From Octopus sinensis (lineage: Eukaryota): 64,000 nucleotides of DNA. Below, piece by piece: positions 40,934 to 53,923 of this stretch. The position numbers were made by a program, and so were the translations under genes. Position 1 is the stretch's first letter; each line of letters starts with the position of its first letter. A model generated the notes under the pieces. It was not told where the DNA came from. It was given only the letters and a program-made list of their open reading frames with translations, and searched no databases. The stretch spans positions 69,006,001-69,070,000 of the forward strand of contig NC_043004.1 of NCBI RefSeq assembly GCF_006345805.1. Direction: 5' to 3'.

Positions 40934-41240
40934 TATGTGAAATAGAAAGATGAATAATCTTGTAGTAGATTAATCAAAAGTTTAACCGATACCTTAGTAG
41001 CAAAAATCACAGCAGTGAACAGCACGGTTGGAGGTACAACCATCTGGCGTTTGTTTTAATTTCAATTATATATATAATATATATATATACATATATATAC
41101 ACACATATATATATATATACATATATATATATACACATATATATATATATACATAATATATATATATATATATATATATACATAATATATATACATATAT
41201 ATATACATATAAATATATATATATATATACATATATACAC

Positions 41241-41324
<84 letters not shown>

Positions 41325-41553
41325 CATACATATATTCGTACATATATGCATATATTCACATACACATTAATCGTTTACAGAAGCTCTTACCTTCTCTCTC
41401 TATATTTATTCATTCTCCATGTTCCCACGCTACTCTTTACACGCACACATCCATAATCCTACATTCGCACATGCCCGTACATCAGCACACACACACACAC
41501 ACATACACACACATACACACACACACACACACATACACACACATACACACACA

Positions 41554-41587
<34 letters not shown>

Positions 41588-42131
41588 GAGCAACCTGTAC
41601 TCAACTGCTCCCCTACTTTCCTACACACCTTAATCTTCTTCCATATCGATTTTATTCCATTACTCTCTTTTACTAAGCCTAATATGGTAATTTATGTAAA
41701 TTGCAACACATAAACTTACCCCTCCCCTTTCTCTCCATACTCTATTATGTGTGTGTGTATGTGTGTGTTTGTGTATGTGTGCGTGCGTATTAATCTGTGT
41801 GCGTGAATGTGTGTGTTTGTGTGTGTGTTACTTAATGTCAAACGAATGAGAAAGGAGCGCACAATACAGGTTGCAGAAGATAAGGGGCAACTTTTTTTCA
41901 TTAAACTTGAAGCTGAGAGTTTGCCACGCAACCCGAGTTTCCCATCACTGCAATCTTTTGGCGAAATTGATACGACTCGGTATTGGTGGCTATGTATATG
42001 TGTGTGTATGTGTGCTTGCGTGCGTGTGTGTGTGTGCCTGCGTGTCTGTGTGTGTATGTGTGTGTCTGTATGTGTACGCATGTACGTATATATATATATA
42101 TATAATATATATATATTATATATATATATAT

Positions 42132-42534
42132 ACTCTTTTTCTCTCTTTTACTTGTTTCAGTCATTTGACTGCGGCCATGCTGGAGCACCGCCTTTAGTTG
42201 AGCAAATCGACCCAGGGACTTATTCTTTGTAAGCCCAGTACTTATTCTATCGGTCTCTTTTTTGCCGAACTGCTAGGTGACGGGGACGTAAACACACCAG
42301 CATCGGTTGTCAAGCAATGCTAGGGGGACAAACACACACACACAGACACATATATATATACATATATACGACAGGCTTCTTTCAGTTTCCGTCTACCAAA
42401 TCCACTCACAAGGTATTGGTCGGCCCGGGACTATAGCAGAAGACACTTGCCCAAGATGCCACGCAGTGGGACTGAACCCGGAACCATGTGGTTGGTTAGC
42501 AAATTACTTGCCACACAGCCACTCCTGCGCCTAT
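42132..42534 (-). mobile_element. SINE family A, full length
   Basis: Matches other family A copies. Confidence 0.9.
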
Positions 42535-43345
42535 TACGTATATTATTTAATAAACACAATATATGTTTTTATGTGCTACCATTAGGTTCATCTGTTAAGA
42601 GCATGGCAAACAGCGTTTTTAGTGAGTCTGGTATCCTACCACAATCATCAGACACTGCTCATATGATAAACGAACGAAAAATGGGACGATAGAATGAGAG
42701 AAAAAGCGAGAAAAGACGAGAAAAAAGTATATATAAAAGGTCGAAGGTTGAAAAACCGGAAAACGTAAAGGAAATCAGGAAGAAGCAAAATGGGGGTTAA
42801 ATAGCGCTTTCCATCTCATCCATTTCACTAAGTCTTCGACTTTCTCGAGGATTATACTGATATATAGATTATTCAGTATTGATCCTAAAGATCTTATCAA
42901 ATTACACACTATTATGGATTTATACCACATGGATTGCTCTACTAAGAACATACCTACACCACCAACAGGGTAAATAGGAAAAATAATAGTAATGATAACG
43001 AAATAATTGTAGAATGATATAATACCCAAAATAACATATAATAAAAGAATATAAAAATTTTATTTAAATGATAACTATAAAAGCACACGTATTAGTATAC
43101 TAGAGTAATATGAAAAAAATATAATATTTATAAAAGGATTCATACAATTTCAGAGTATGTAAGGTAACCTTTCAGATCTATGAGAAAGGAAATCTGGTCC
43201 ATATCAATCACCTAGTAACGGGTATAGAACAAGCATTTATTCAGCTTTATAGTTTCAGTTAATACGGGTATAAGATAAGAACTGATAGGTGTGATAAGAC
43301 ACCAAAATATAAACAAATGTAATAAAATATAATAGTAATAATATA

Positions 43346-43757
43346 TAAGGCGCAGGAGTGACTGTGTGGTAAGAAGCTTGCTTACCAACCACATGGTTCC
43401 GAGTTCAGTCCCACTGCGTAGCACCTTGGGCAAGTGTCTTCTGTTATAGCCTCGGGCCGACCAAAGCCTTGTGAGTGGATTTGGTAGACGGAAACTGAAA
43501 GAAGCCCGTCATATATATGTATATATATATATATGCGTGTGTGTGTTTGTGTGTCTGTGTTTGTCCTCCTAGCATTGCTTGACAACCGATGCTGGTGTGT
43601 TTATGTTCCCGTTACTTAGCGGTTCGGCAAAAGAGATTGATAGAATAAGTACTGGGCTTACAAAAGAATAAGTCCCGGGGTCGAGTTGCTCGATTAAAGG
43701 CGGTGCTCCAGCATGGCCGCAGTCAAATGACTGAAACAAGTAAAAGAGTAAAAGAGT
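43346..43757 (+). mobile_element. SINE family A, full length
   Basis: Matches other family A copies. Confidence 0.9.
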
Positions 43758-44030
43758 AATATAACAGGGTCCTCCGCAAAAGCAACACCAACGCCCTCTC
43801 AAGGATTAGCCAGCCAGAGATGATTTTTATAATGAGAATATCTGAAATAAACACCACTGCTCTGACAAACGGGAATACTAAAACTGAACCCGACCGCTCT
43901 CAAAAATTAAATTAAAAAAATAAACAGGAAAAATAATCCTGAATCCTGGTCCGATACCGGATCGATCCCAAAATCTAATCAGTTCGTGCCAGTCACGAGG
44001 CCAAACATCCCTGAAAGTTTCATCCGAATC

Positions 44031-46948
44031 TCATTTCTCACATTTCTTTTTTATTACTTCCAAAGTTACTGGTAATTCACGCACGATGTTCCACATCTAG
44101 TTTTGTTTCCGCGTCCGCTCTTAACGCTGCTATTATGGTGTCTTCCAGCGGTTCCTTATTTCTCAGAATTAACCTAGACAGACCATCGGCATGCCCCAAC
44201 GTTTTTGAAAGCAGATATTCCATTTTATAATCGCAGTTTAACAGAATGGTATCCCACCGCTTCAGCCTGTTTGCCGTATGTGTCGAGATTCCTTTCTTGG
44301 ATCCGTATATCGTTATTAGAGATCTATGGTCCGTTTGCAACCAAAAACGTTTGCCTGTGGAACTTTTTCTCGCCAAATATACTAGCCAACTCCTCTTTTT
44401 CAATATGGCTATAGCTCTTTACCGCCTGCTATAATGTCCTTGATGTGTGAGCTATGGCCTTCTCCTGCTATCGTATTCCTTGTGTAGGAGATCGGTTCCT
44501 ATCACATACTCGCTAGAATCTGTAGCTAGAATTATCTCTAACTTTGGGTCAGAATGAGTAAGATACAATTTTGAAGTTAACACATCTTTTAACTCGTTAA
44601 ATGCTTTCTCTCTTCAAACCCATTTGGTATTTGTTTTAGTGATTAAGTGGTACCTTTACCTTATGCATATTTAGGATATTCACTTGGTAACAATTTGCCA
44701 AGCCTAGGAATGCTTGTAACATTGTCATGTTCGTCGGGGTCGGCATATTTCGTATTGCCGTCGCCCTTGATGGGTCTGGTCTGCGTCCACTTTCGTCGAT
44801 TACTTGACCTAGGTATTTTATTTTTTTCTATCAAAAATTCGCATTTTGCTTCTGTCAGTTTTAGCCCATATTCACTTATTCTCTCCAATACTTTCTTTAT
44901 GTATTCGACGTGTTGCACCCAAGACTCGCTCTTTATCAAAACGTCATCGAGGTATGCGATGGGGAAGTCGCACTTACTTACCATCGCATTCATTATTTGT
45001 TGGAATATAGCGGGTGCCTCTTATACTCCAAATAGTAATCATTTGAACTTGTACAATCCACGGTGCGTGTTGATTGTTCTGGATGTGTGCAATCTTATCC
45101 TAACTGAATTTCAAGGTACGCCTCTGAGAGGTCTAATTTCGAGAAAATTTTCCCTCCATTTAGTTTAGTAAATACTTCTGGGCTTGGAAGTGGATTATTG
45201 TGTGTGAGTAAACAGTCAATTAATCCGGTTGAGAAGTCTGCGCACACTCTTAGCTTTTTTTTTTTATTTATTTTACGTAGACCGCCGGTGCTACCCAGGC
45301 TGCATAATCAATATTTTCAATTATATTCAGGCTTTCCAAACTTTCTAGTTCTTTATTGACCTGGTCTACCGCCGCAAATGGCACGTTCCGTTTGGACCTG
45401 AAAATAGGTGTAGAATTTTCTTTGATAGCAATCCTTGCTTCTGTTTTTGTGCAACAGCCTAAACCTTCCGGAAAATCTTTTGGGAAAGTTCCTTCCATTC
45501 TTTTGTCCCAGTTCATCGACCTCGTTCGTTCGTTTGACTGCTCCGTTTACGTTATTGCGCAAAACGCTAATGGGTGTATTCCATAAATTAAATTTCTCCA
45601 TACATTCGGTGCCAAATAAATTCATGGATTTTTTCAACACGTAAACATTCAGTTTTTTGGTTCGACCTTTGAACATTATATTACAAACGCGTTCACCCGT
45701 GAAATATAATTTTCTTCCCGTAACATCATACGCTATTTTGTTTGAATTACGTAATTGCGATTTACCCATTTGTTCCCATGTTTTCTCATTTATGATTGTG
45801 GTGTCATTTTCCGTGTCTAATTACATTCTGACACTAGTGGTTTCAATTCTCACATTCACGAATCTTCTGTTGTAGTCACAACTCTTCCTACTGACAAACT
45901 TTTTTTCTTTGTTTCATTTTCCTATCATTCTAGTTTTGCTATGCGATTTTATATGCCCAGTAAATCCGCAGCGAAAACGCTTTGCTTTTTTATACGGACA
46001 ATCTTTTTCAGGTGCATCCCACCACATGCCATACATGGGTCTACAAACCGATATTTTTCTGTTTTTCCTGCAACACTGTTTTCCAACTCTTTTGCACTGG
46101 TCTTATGTGAAAACACTGTTTCCATTGAATTTCTTCCGTGTCATGCCTTAATTTTAATATCCTGTCACACTCTTCCGACAGTTTCTGCAATGTGAAATCC
46201 AGGTTCATTTCCAGTTTTGCTAGATTTTTTCGTTCGGATTTCTGCATCCTTTTTATCTGCCAATTCTTGAGCAAAAATCAAACACTTGAAAGTATCTGGA
46301 GTAAGCATATCCATCCTAAATCTCTCACATTCTTAGTTGACACTTTTCTATGCTTAAACATTTCCATCTGGTATCAAACAGTGAGCCCTTTTCACTAAAC
46401 ATTTTGCACAAAATGTCAACTGTATCGATGAGATTTATGTCAGACGCTTTCCTTTTTTGTGGGAGGTGGGGCAATATGAAGTTACTATTTCTCATGCTCT
46501 GTTGTCGCTAGTTTTCTTAAAACTAGATGCGTTTTCATTTCGTCCGTCCAATCCTGACATTTCAAAAATTTTATGAAATTTTCGAAAGTAAGCCGCGAAG
46601 GTTACTCCTTCTTCGAGGTCGTATTTGAGTTCACTTATGGAATTTACTACATGGTCAGGTGAAAACGCATTCTCCGGTTTGGTTGCCAATTTCATTACTT
46701 GTAACATTGGCTGCTGCAATCCTTGTTGTTGTCTTCGTTGTTCCTTGAGTTGTTGTTGTTGCTCTTTTTGCAACTCAACTACTCCAGCTAACAAATCTTC
46801 CATATTTTACGATTTTCGTAAGTTTGCAACACAAGATTTTTGTTGCTTTTTTTTTTGTCGAGTTATTTAAATTTCCACGTGAATTAGTTTAAGCTCTCCG
46901 TGTGAATGTTTTTTTCACTCCGCGTAAATTTGTTTTTCCTCGTCGACA
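44031..46948 (-). mobile_element. Ty3/Gypsy LTR retrotransposon internal region (gag, protease, RT, RNase H), degraded and truncated before integrase
   Basis: Gag VNSISELKYDLEEGVTFAAYFRK; protease-like LDTENDTTIINEKTW; RT PIFRSKRNVPFA and AYLDDVLI; RNase H QTDHRSL...TANRLKRW..ILL...HADGLSRL; many stops and frameshifts. Confidence 0.93.
46938..46948 (-). promoter_or_regulatory. Primer-binding site, tRNA-Ser(GCU)-like
   Basis: TGTCGACGAGG versus expected TGGCGACGAGG (complement of the tRNA-Ser GCU 3' end CCTCGTCGCCA); one mismatch; 1 nt from the LTR. Confidence 0.7.
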
Positions 46949-46949
46949 C

Positions 46950-47261
46950 TGTTGTAAAGTGATTTCCTCCCACTGGTGTGATGTGTGAATGCTGTTGTAC
47001 TGTAGTTGCTGTTTTACGCTAGTAGCCACAATAGTTACTAGTCATTAGATACTGTTGTATCTCTTCGTACCGTAATAGTTATAGACTAACTTCTTCTGCC
47101 TTACTATCGCTGATAGCTCCACAACAGACCGACTAGAACTGTCAACTCCCAACTCTCCGAGTCTCGACCCTCTCTTGACGACCAGCTATTAATCTATTTA
47201 TAATGACTCTATCCTACCACTTTTTACCGTGAAGGGCATACAGTTGTTTCACTATACAACA
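46950..47261 (-). mobile_element. 5' LTR of the Gypsy element (312 bp)
   Basis: TGTTGTA...TACAACA terminal inverted ends, directly followed on the minus strand by a PBS. Confidence 0.85.
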
Positions 47262-48407
47262 GAGCTGTATGTCAGTATAGGGGTACCGTAATTACTTTAT
47301 TTTAGAATCCAGGTATAATTTTTAAGCTTATTTCGTCTGTCTTAACGTTCTAGGTTTGAATTCCGCCGAGGTCAACTTTGCTTTTCATCCTTTCGGGGTC
47401 GATACAATAAGTACTAGTTGAGCACTTGGGTCGATATAACTGTTGGCCTTGTGTCAAAATTTGAAACCATTATTATTATCATTATTCCAAATATAAATGC
47501 AGTCAATTTCGTTAAAATGCACATCTACGGAAATTGAAAATAACTGCAGAAATTAATTGACCGATTAACCTAATGAGCGTAATTATCAATAACAGTAAGC
47601 TTTTATGATTATGTTACACAAGCACAGATTACATAAATCAATAATATAAAAGGGGTCTTATTTAACTTACATTTCGGTTCGTGTACAGATAATTTATTTG
47701 CTTCCACTTAGTTCAAGCTATCTTTGATTATTGATATGTATCGATACGACTGACAATAGTTTGACAGCTGTTACGTTATGTTTAAATTCCTCTTGATATT
47801 CTTCGAGTACCGAGGCTAATAATCGAGTCATATGTTTCGAGAATGACTGCCATGTTATTTTAATTATATTTTCCGTAATACAATATCTTGTGCACGCATG
47901 AATTGCGTTCATGTTCGACTAAGTCCAGGCTTTGTTTTTGTTTACATTACCGATATCACATATTCAATCTATGTGTTTTGTTTCTATGTTTATTAGCTGC
48001 AGAATTGTCACCGATAATATTTACATTATTAGAGCTACTTCTAATTCAAAATGTAATTTTGTTTTACTTATGCGGTGACTCCCATGGTAGACTAAATATT
48101 AATCAGTTTTAGTGCTTATCGTAAGTCTGGTAAGTCATCACACACTGAGGAAGGTTTATAATACCCCTTATATAAAAGAAGAAACAAAATACTATAGAGA
48201 AGAAAAGGAAACGATAAATTCAAATGAAGAACGGTTAAATATTTCTATTGTTAAATGTTTTTGTAGCTTCCATAAATTGGAAAATCTTATTGTTGGTAGA
48301 TTCTTGAAAATAGATTGCACCTCCAATCTTGGTAGCCAAAATAATGCCATCGAAATAGTCTCCCCACAAGCATAACGATGATTCTACATAGCCTTTTTAT
48401 GATAAAA

Positions 48408-48776
48408 CTAGCAGTATCGCCCGGCGTTGCTCAGGTTTGTAAGGGAAATAACTATAAAGCATTTTTAGAGAGTTATAGCCAAAAAAATGGAAAAAAATTA
48501 TGGTAAATTTTTTTTTGAGATTTAAAAAAGGTGGAGTTGCGTCCCCTAGACAGTTTGTGGTTCGTGTTTCTGATTCTCGACCCCATGTCGAATTTATCGA
48601 TTCTTTTCAGAACTGGGGGAACTTTTCAAAATTTTCACTGCGTTAGTTTTGAATTATGACATTGGGCTATGTGTGTGTCAAGTTTCATCAGAATCGGTTG
48701 AAAGCCGTGGTCAGGGTGAGGGTACAACCTAACAAACACACAGACACACACACAGACAAACTGCCGTTTATATAGA
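48408..48776 (-). mobile_element. Non-autonomous Helitron (3' part like 34110-34505)
   Basis: Reverse complement ends CCTGAGCAACGCCGGGCGATACTGCTAG|T; 5' TCTATATA start. Confidence 0.82.
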
Positions 48777-49618
48777 TATAGATAGATATTATTCACAGGA
48801 ACTATGGATCGTTCGAAGCTAACGGTCTTTTTAATCTTGCTCAGTATCTGGTGCGTGTTTTACGTTGACGAGTCAAATACCTTTGATTGAGACAGCGAGT
48901 CAAATGTCTATGCGTGTACATATATACATACATACGCACATATATGTGCGTTTATGAATACCTATTTATTCATGGTTATAAAGTGTCTGTCACACGTGCT
49001 ACACATGACGTAGTTCCCTGACGTCAGTGCATCATATATGATACACATTACCAAGCTTTACCGAGTCCCAGAGTAACTTGGGACTTATGGAAGGAAAGCG
49101 TTATATTACTTAGAACAGGCCTGACTAAAAGTCTGAAAACAAGCATGGACGTTTGTAACTAACTTGTGAAACTGCTTTAGACAGACAAAGGATTAAAGTG
49201 CGCGACATGTAACCATAAAGTTAGAACTCCACATATTCCATTTCACTCGGAGACTTAGTCCGATTATTACATCCTTCTAATGACTTTCACACACGTCTTT
49301 GAATTAATTACTTATCCCATACAGGGAAAGGAGAATTTAATACATCAATCAGAGTTTAATTTAGACGGTTATAAATAAAACAAATTGACTCCATTTATTT
49401 ACCATTTGATTCAGAATTTATTTTACAATTTTTCTAAATCTATACATTTTTAGCTGTCACAGCGTTTAATCCAATTTATTAGACACCTGAGACAGTTGTA
49501 AACACCTACTATGATTATACACCACATCGTGGACATTAAAAAGGGTTCGATCGTTTACACATAGTGAAATTGTATTTAAAAACACTACTGCTAGGCTTAT
49601 AACATTAATCAAGTATTT

Positions 49619-49914
49619 GTTGTTTGTTCCTTCTCGAGCCACGCCTGGCTCATAAGGGCCGGTTTCCCGGTTTCCTTGGCGTATAGGTTCTCCACCTGGA
49701 CGGGACGCCGGTCCGTCGCAGGTGAGCTGCAAGATGCAGGAGGAAAGAGTGAGAGAAAGTTGTGGCGAAAGAGTCAGCAGAAGTTCGCCATTACCTTCTG
49801 TCGGAGCCGCGTGGAACTTAGGTTTTTCGCTCATAAACACTTACATCGCCCGGGCTGAGATTCGAACCCACGAGGCCATGTGCCTACTCTAACCACGAGG
49901 CCATGTGCCTACAC
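49619..49914 (-). mobile_element. SINE family C (5'/central part shared with family B, different 3' tail)
   Basis: 12-bp TSD AATCAAGTATTT (49607-49618, 49915-49926); the GAGAAAGTTGTGG..AAAGAGT..CGGAGCC.CGTGGA block is shared with family B. Confidence 0.82.
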
Positions 49915-50379
49915 AATCAAGTATTTAGTTATACTGATTTCAATATCCATCACATTTTCCGTTGTTAGTTATATTACCTAAAATTATTGATATACCGGAA
50001 GTGTTTGTTTTTCAAACTAAACTTTTCTATGGAGTATAACCATAAATTTTAGGTGTCTCTACATTTTAATTTTTATTGATTTATTGATCACATAGTTTGT
50101 TTATGTCCGATAAAATTCTATTTACCGAAGAGATTTAATGAAAACTAAATTATAATAGTAACGAAATCTGAACTTTGATAGCATTGTTAGAGCATCAAAC
50201 AAAATATCTTTGAGAATTTAGCTGCGAACCTTTACGATCAGAGATCTACTTCTGCCGAGGTCAGCTTTGTCTTTCATCTTTTCGGGATCGATAAAATAAG
50301 TACCAGTTGAACACTGGTGTCGATATAATTAACTTGGGCTCTGCCCTCAATTTTGCTGGCTTGTGCCAAAATTTGAAAC

Positions 50380-50419
<40 letters not shown>

Positions 50420-51040
50420 ATTATTGAGTGAGAGAGCAGTTCATGCCATCAAAGTGACACTAGGGTAAAATATACGAAGCCCAATATACTCATCATGACT
50501 ACCCGTCTGATAAGGGCACATCAGGCACATGCATCACAACCATATGTGTGCCACATGGTGATCTCATATCAGGATAAACAGCGCATGACCTTGCAGGTGG
50601 GGCCCAGTTAGAATTTTCTTCAGGTTGAGTAGGCCATCCCGCTCAAAAGGTCCCTGAATAAGGATTGTTTAAGGATGTTGAAAGAACTACCCATGTTTCC
50701 AGAGATGAATTATTCAAACCCCAAAGAATCCCTCTCAACACATGGCTATGATGCTCCCCCACTACGTCTGCTCGTGATCAGAGATGCACATATCGTCAGC
50801 CACTAAGGGACATGCTCAACTGGTTACGGTCAAACAACTTACAAGCAAATCTGTGGTATTGAGCAGAATATTTGCTGTAGCCCATCTTTTATACCAAGAC
50901 AAAACAATGTACATAATAACACTTCCAATCAGTTAAGATCAGGAGCCATGAGAGCCACTGCCTGGTACTGCATCAGGCATTTATTTTTATTATTATTATT
51001 ATTATTATTATTTATTATTATTATTATTATTATATTATTA

Positions 51041-51105
<65 letters not shown>

Positions 51106-51663
51106 TACTACTACTACTTACTACTACTTCTACTACCACTACTACTACTACTGCTGCTGCTGCTGTTGCTGTTGCTGCTGCTACTACTACTGCTACTACT
51201 ACTAGTCGTATTCCACCCAAACGTTTCTTATTTAAGAGGAATTCGGCCCAAAAACAGAACGGGGGCGGGGGTCAGTTTTGTTATTGTTTTTCATTGTTTA
51301 TAATATAATAATATTAAAATAACCGTAAACTTGTGCATAGGTGGGGTACTCATAACAAACTTAGGTAAAATGAAAGGTAAAAACGCTTTCCAATGTGGAA
51401 TTTGATCTCAAAACAAACTTAAGTGTGTTTTAGTCTGAGGCTAAACTGGTTCAGCCACTGTATTGCCACTAGGTGTGTGTGTGCGTGCGTGCGTTTGTGT
51501 GAAGGTGTGTGTGCGTGCGTTTGTGTGAAGGTGTGTGTGTGTGGTGTGTGAAGATGTGTGTGTGTGTGTGTGTGAAAATGTGTCAGTCACAATATGAAGA
51601 TATCGTTTCCAATTAAGAATGAAACTCGAAGTAGAAAAATGGGTTGAGAAGATGAGAACTTAC

Positions 51664-51758
51664 GTATATCGTGAATGTACGTCCTCCAACGCGATCCCTG
51701 GCCTCAAGGAGCTTGACATTAAGACCATGGTCATGCAGTAGCTTGGCAGCAGACAAAC
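51664..51758 (-). CDS. MAO: Monoamine oxidase coding exon (vertebrate exon 2 equivalent), 95 nt: (G)[31 protein letters not shown]
   Basis: tttcag acceptor and GTAAGT donor; FAD-binding motif GLSAAK...[11 protein letters not shown]; 95 nt matches human MAO exon 2 as I recall it. Confidence 0.96.
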
Positions 51759-52292
51759 CTGAAAGCAAAAGACAGACGGAAACATGAAGCAACAAACAGA
51801 GAAGAGACAGAGACAGAGTGAGAGAGAATAACAGATTGCATAAAGTGACAACAGGAAGTGATTCAAAGATTGTATGGTGCAAGAAAGGAGGAAGAATCAC
51901 AAATTTTATTCGTAAAAGCAGAGAGACAGAATGACAGATTACGTAAGGATTACGGTAGAGATAGATAGAGAGAAAAAGTGTGCCGTAGATGATATGAGGC
52001 AACAAAAGGGAGAGAATCACAGATGACATAAGTAAAAACAAGCAGAAGGTGAGAATAACAGATTACATAATGTAAGAAAAGAGTGATAGAGTCATAGTTG
52101 AAATCAGGTAGCAACAGTGAGAGAATGATATAATATATGAACTAACAACAGACTGAGAATCACGGAATACATTAACTAATAATATTGAGAAGAATTTAAA
52201 AAATAGATTGAAACAAGTACGCAGAGAGAGTTGGAGTTAGAAAGAATTACAGACTACATGAGACAACAACCAATATGTATGAATGTATGTAT

Positions 52293-52631
52293 ACTCTTAC
52301 TCTTTTACTTGTTTCAGTCATTTGACTGCGGCCATGCTGGAGCACCACCTTTAGTCGAGCAAATCGACCCCGGGACTTATTCCTTGTAAGCCCAGTACTT
52401 ATTCTATCGGTCTCTTTTGCCGAACCGATAAGTGACGGGGACGTAAACACACCAGCATCGGTTGTCAAGCAATGCTAGGGGTACAAACACAGACACACAA
52501 ACATATACACACACACTTATATATATATATACATATATACGACAGGCTTCTTTCAGTTTCCTTCTACCAAATCCACTCACAAGGCATTGGTCAGCCCGGG
52601 GCTATAGCAGAAGACACTTGCCAAAGATGCC
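52293..52631 (-). mobile_element. SINE family A missing its head, cut at the 52632 inverted-repeat element
   Basis: Homology stops abruptly at ...GATGCC, where the IR arm begins. Confidence 0.85.
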
Positions 52632-53049
52632 AATATGGCAGTCTTATAAATATAAGACTAAAGCTGTCGCTGATTAGCTCCATGAGGCCATCGCCTTAAG
52701 CTAGCTATTTGACACACAAACTGCGTCCATTTTAAACCTTCGAACAAGGGAGGTCAGCCGCTTCATCCTGCCAGTCAGACAGCTACAGACGACGTTTCAG
52801 GGTTGTTGCCCCTTATCAATGCAGCGTAGTCAGACTTGCAGGTGTCGCTACTGATCGTCCCAGTTCGAAGGCTTTTATTTACCTAGTTTCAGTGGAATAC
52901 ATCCACTTATTTTCAATAATAGAAATATTAAAATTGTTCGAAGGTTTAAAATGGACGCAGTTTGTGTGTCAAATAGCTAGCTTAAGGCGATGGCATCATG
53001 GAGCTAATCAGCGACAGCTTTAGTCTTATATTTATAAGACTGCCATATT
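52632..53049. repeat. 116-bp inverted repeat enclosing a 186-nt hammerhead-containing spacer
   Basis: 52632-52747 versus 52934-53049, one mismatch. Confidence 0.93.
52782..52825 (-). ncRNA. Minimal type I hammerhead ribozyme, U3:A8 variant (GUC site, cut between 52788 and 52787)
   Basis: Minus strand GCTGCA-TTGATAA-GGGG(CAACAA)CCCT-GAAA-C-GTC-G-TC-TGTAGC; 6-bp helix I, 4-bp helix II. Confidence 0.72.
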
Positions 53050-53068
53050 AGTATGGCGATAACTATTA

Positions 53069-53108
<40 letters not shown>

Positions 53109-53132
53109 GTGTATATATATGTGTGTGTGTGT

Positions 53133-53298
53133 ATAGACGCAGGCGTGGGTGTGTGATAAGAACCTTGCTTCCCAATAAACATCGTTCCGAGTTCAGCCCC
53201 ACTGCGTGGTACCCTGGACATGTGCCTTCTACTATAGCCTTGGGTCGACCAAATCTTTGTGAGTGGATTTGGTAGACGGAAAGTGAAAGAAGCTCGTC

Positions 53299-53386
<88 letters not shown>

Positions 53387-53560
53387 ATATATATATATAT
53401 ATATGCATGTATGTATGCATATTTATTTGACAACCAATGTTGGTGTGTCTATGTCTCCGTAACTAGCGGTTCGTCAAAGACACCGATAGAATAAGTACTA
53501 AGTTTAGAAAGAATAAGTTCTGGGGTCGATTTCTTCGAAATAAACCTTTAACATGGTCAC
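53133..53560 (+). mobile_element. SINE family A, diverged; 3' half tandemly duplicated to ~53823
   Basis: Head at 53133; the duplicated block shares private substitutions. Confidence 0.8.
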
Positions 53561-53603
<43 letters not shown>

Positions 53604-53618
53604 TGTGTGTGTGCGTGC

Positions 53619-53650
<32 letters not shown>

Positions 53651-53823
53651 ATATATATATATATATGCATGTATGTATGCATATTTATTTGACAACCAAT
53701 GTTGGTGTGTCTATGTCTCCGTAACTAGCGGTTCGTCAAAGACACCGATAGAATAAGTACTAAGTTTAGAAAGAATAAGTTCTGGGGTCGATTTCTTCGA
53801 AATAAACCCTTTAACATGGTCAC

Positions 53824-53859
<36 letters not shown>

Positions 53860-53884
53860 ATGTGTGTGTGTGTGTGTGCGTGCG

Positions 53885-53923
<39 letters not shown>

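Noticed and set aside
50690-50800. Minus-strand CTGACGA...GAAAC-ATGG-GTA in the 50420-50985 repeat
   Set aside because: No helix I or helix II complementarity; likely chance. The surrounding ~560 bp looks like a retroelement 3' region but has no second copy here to confirm it.
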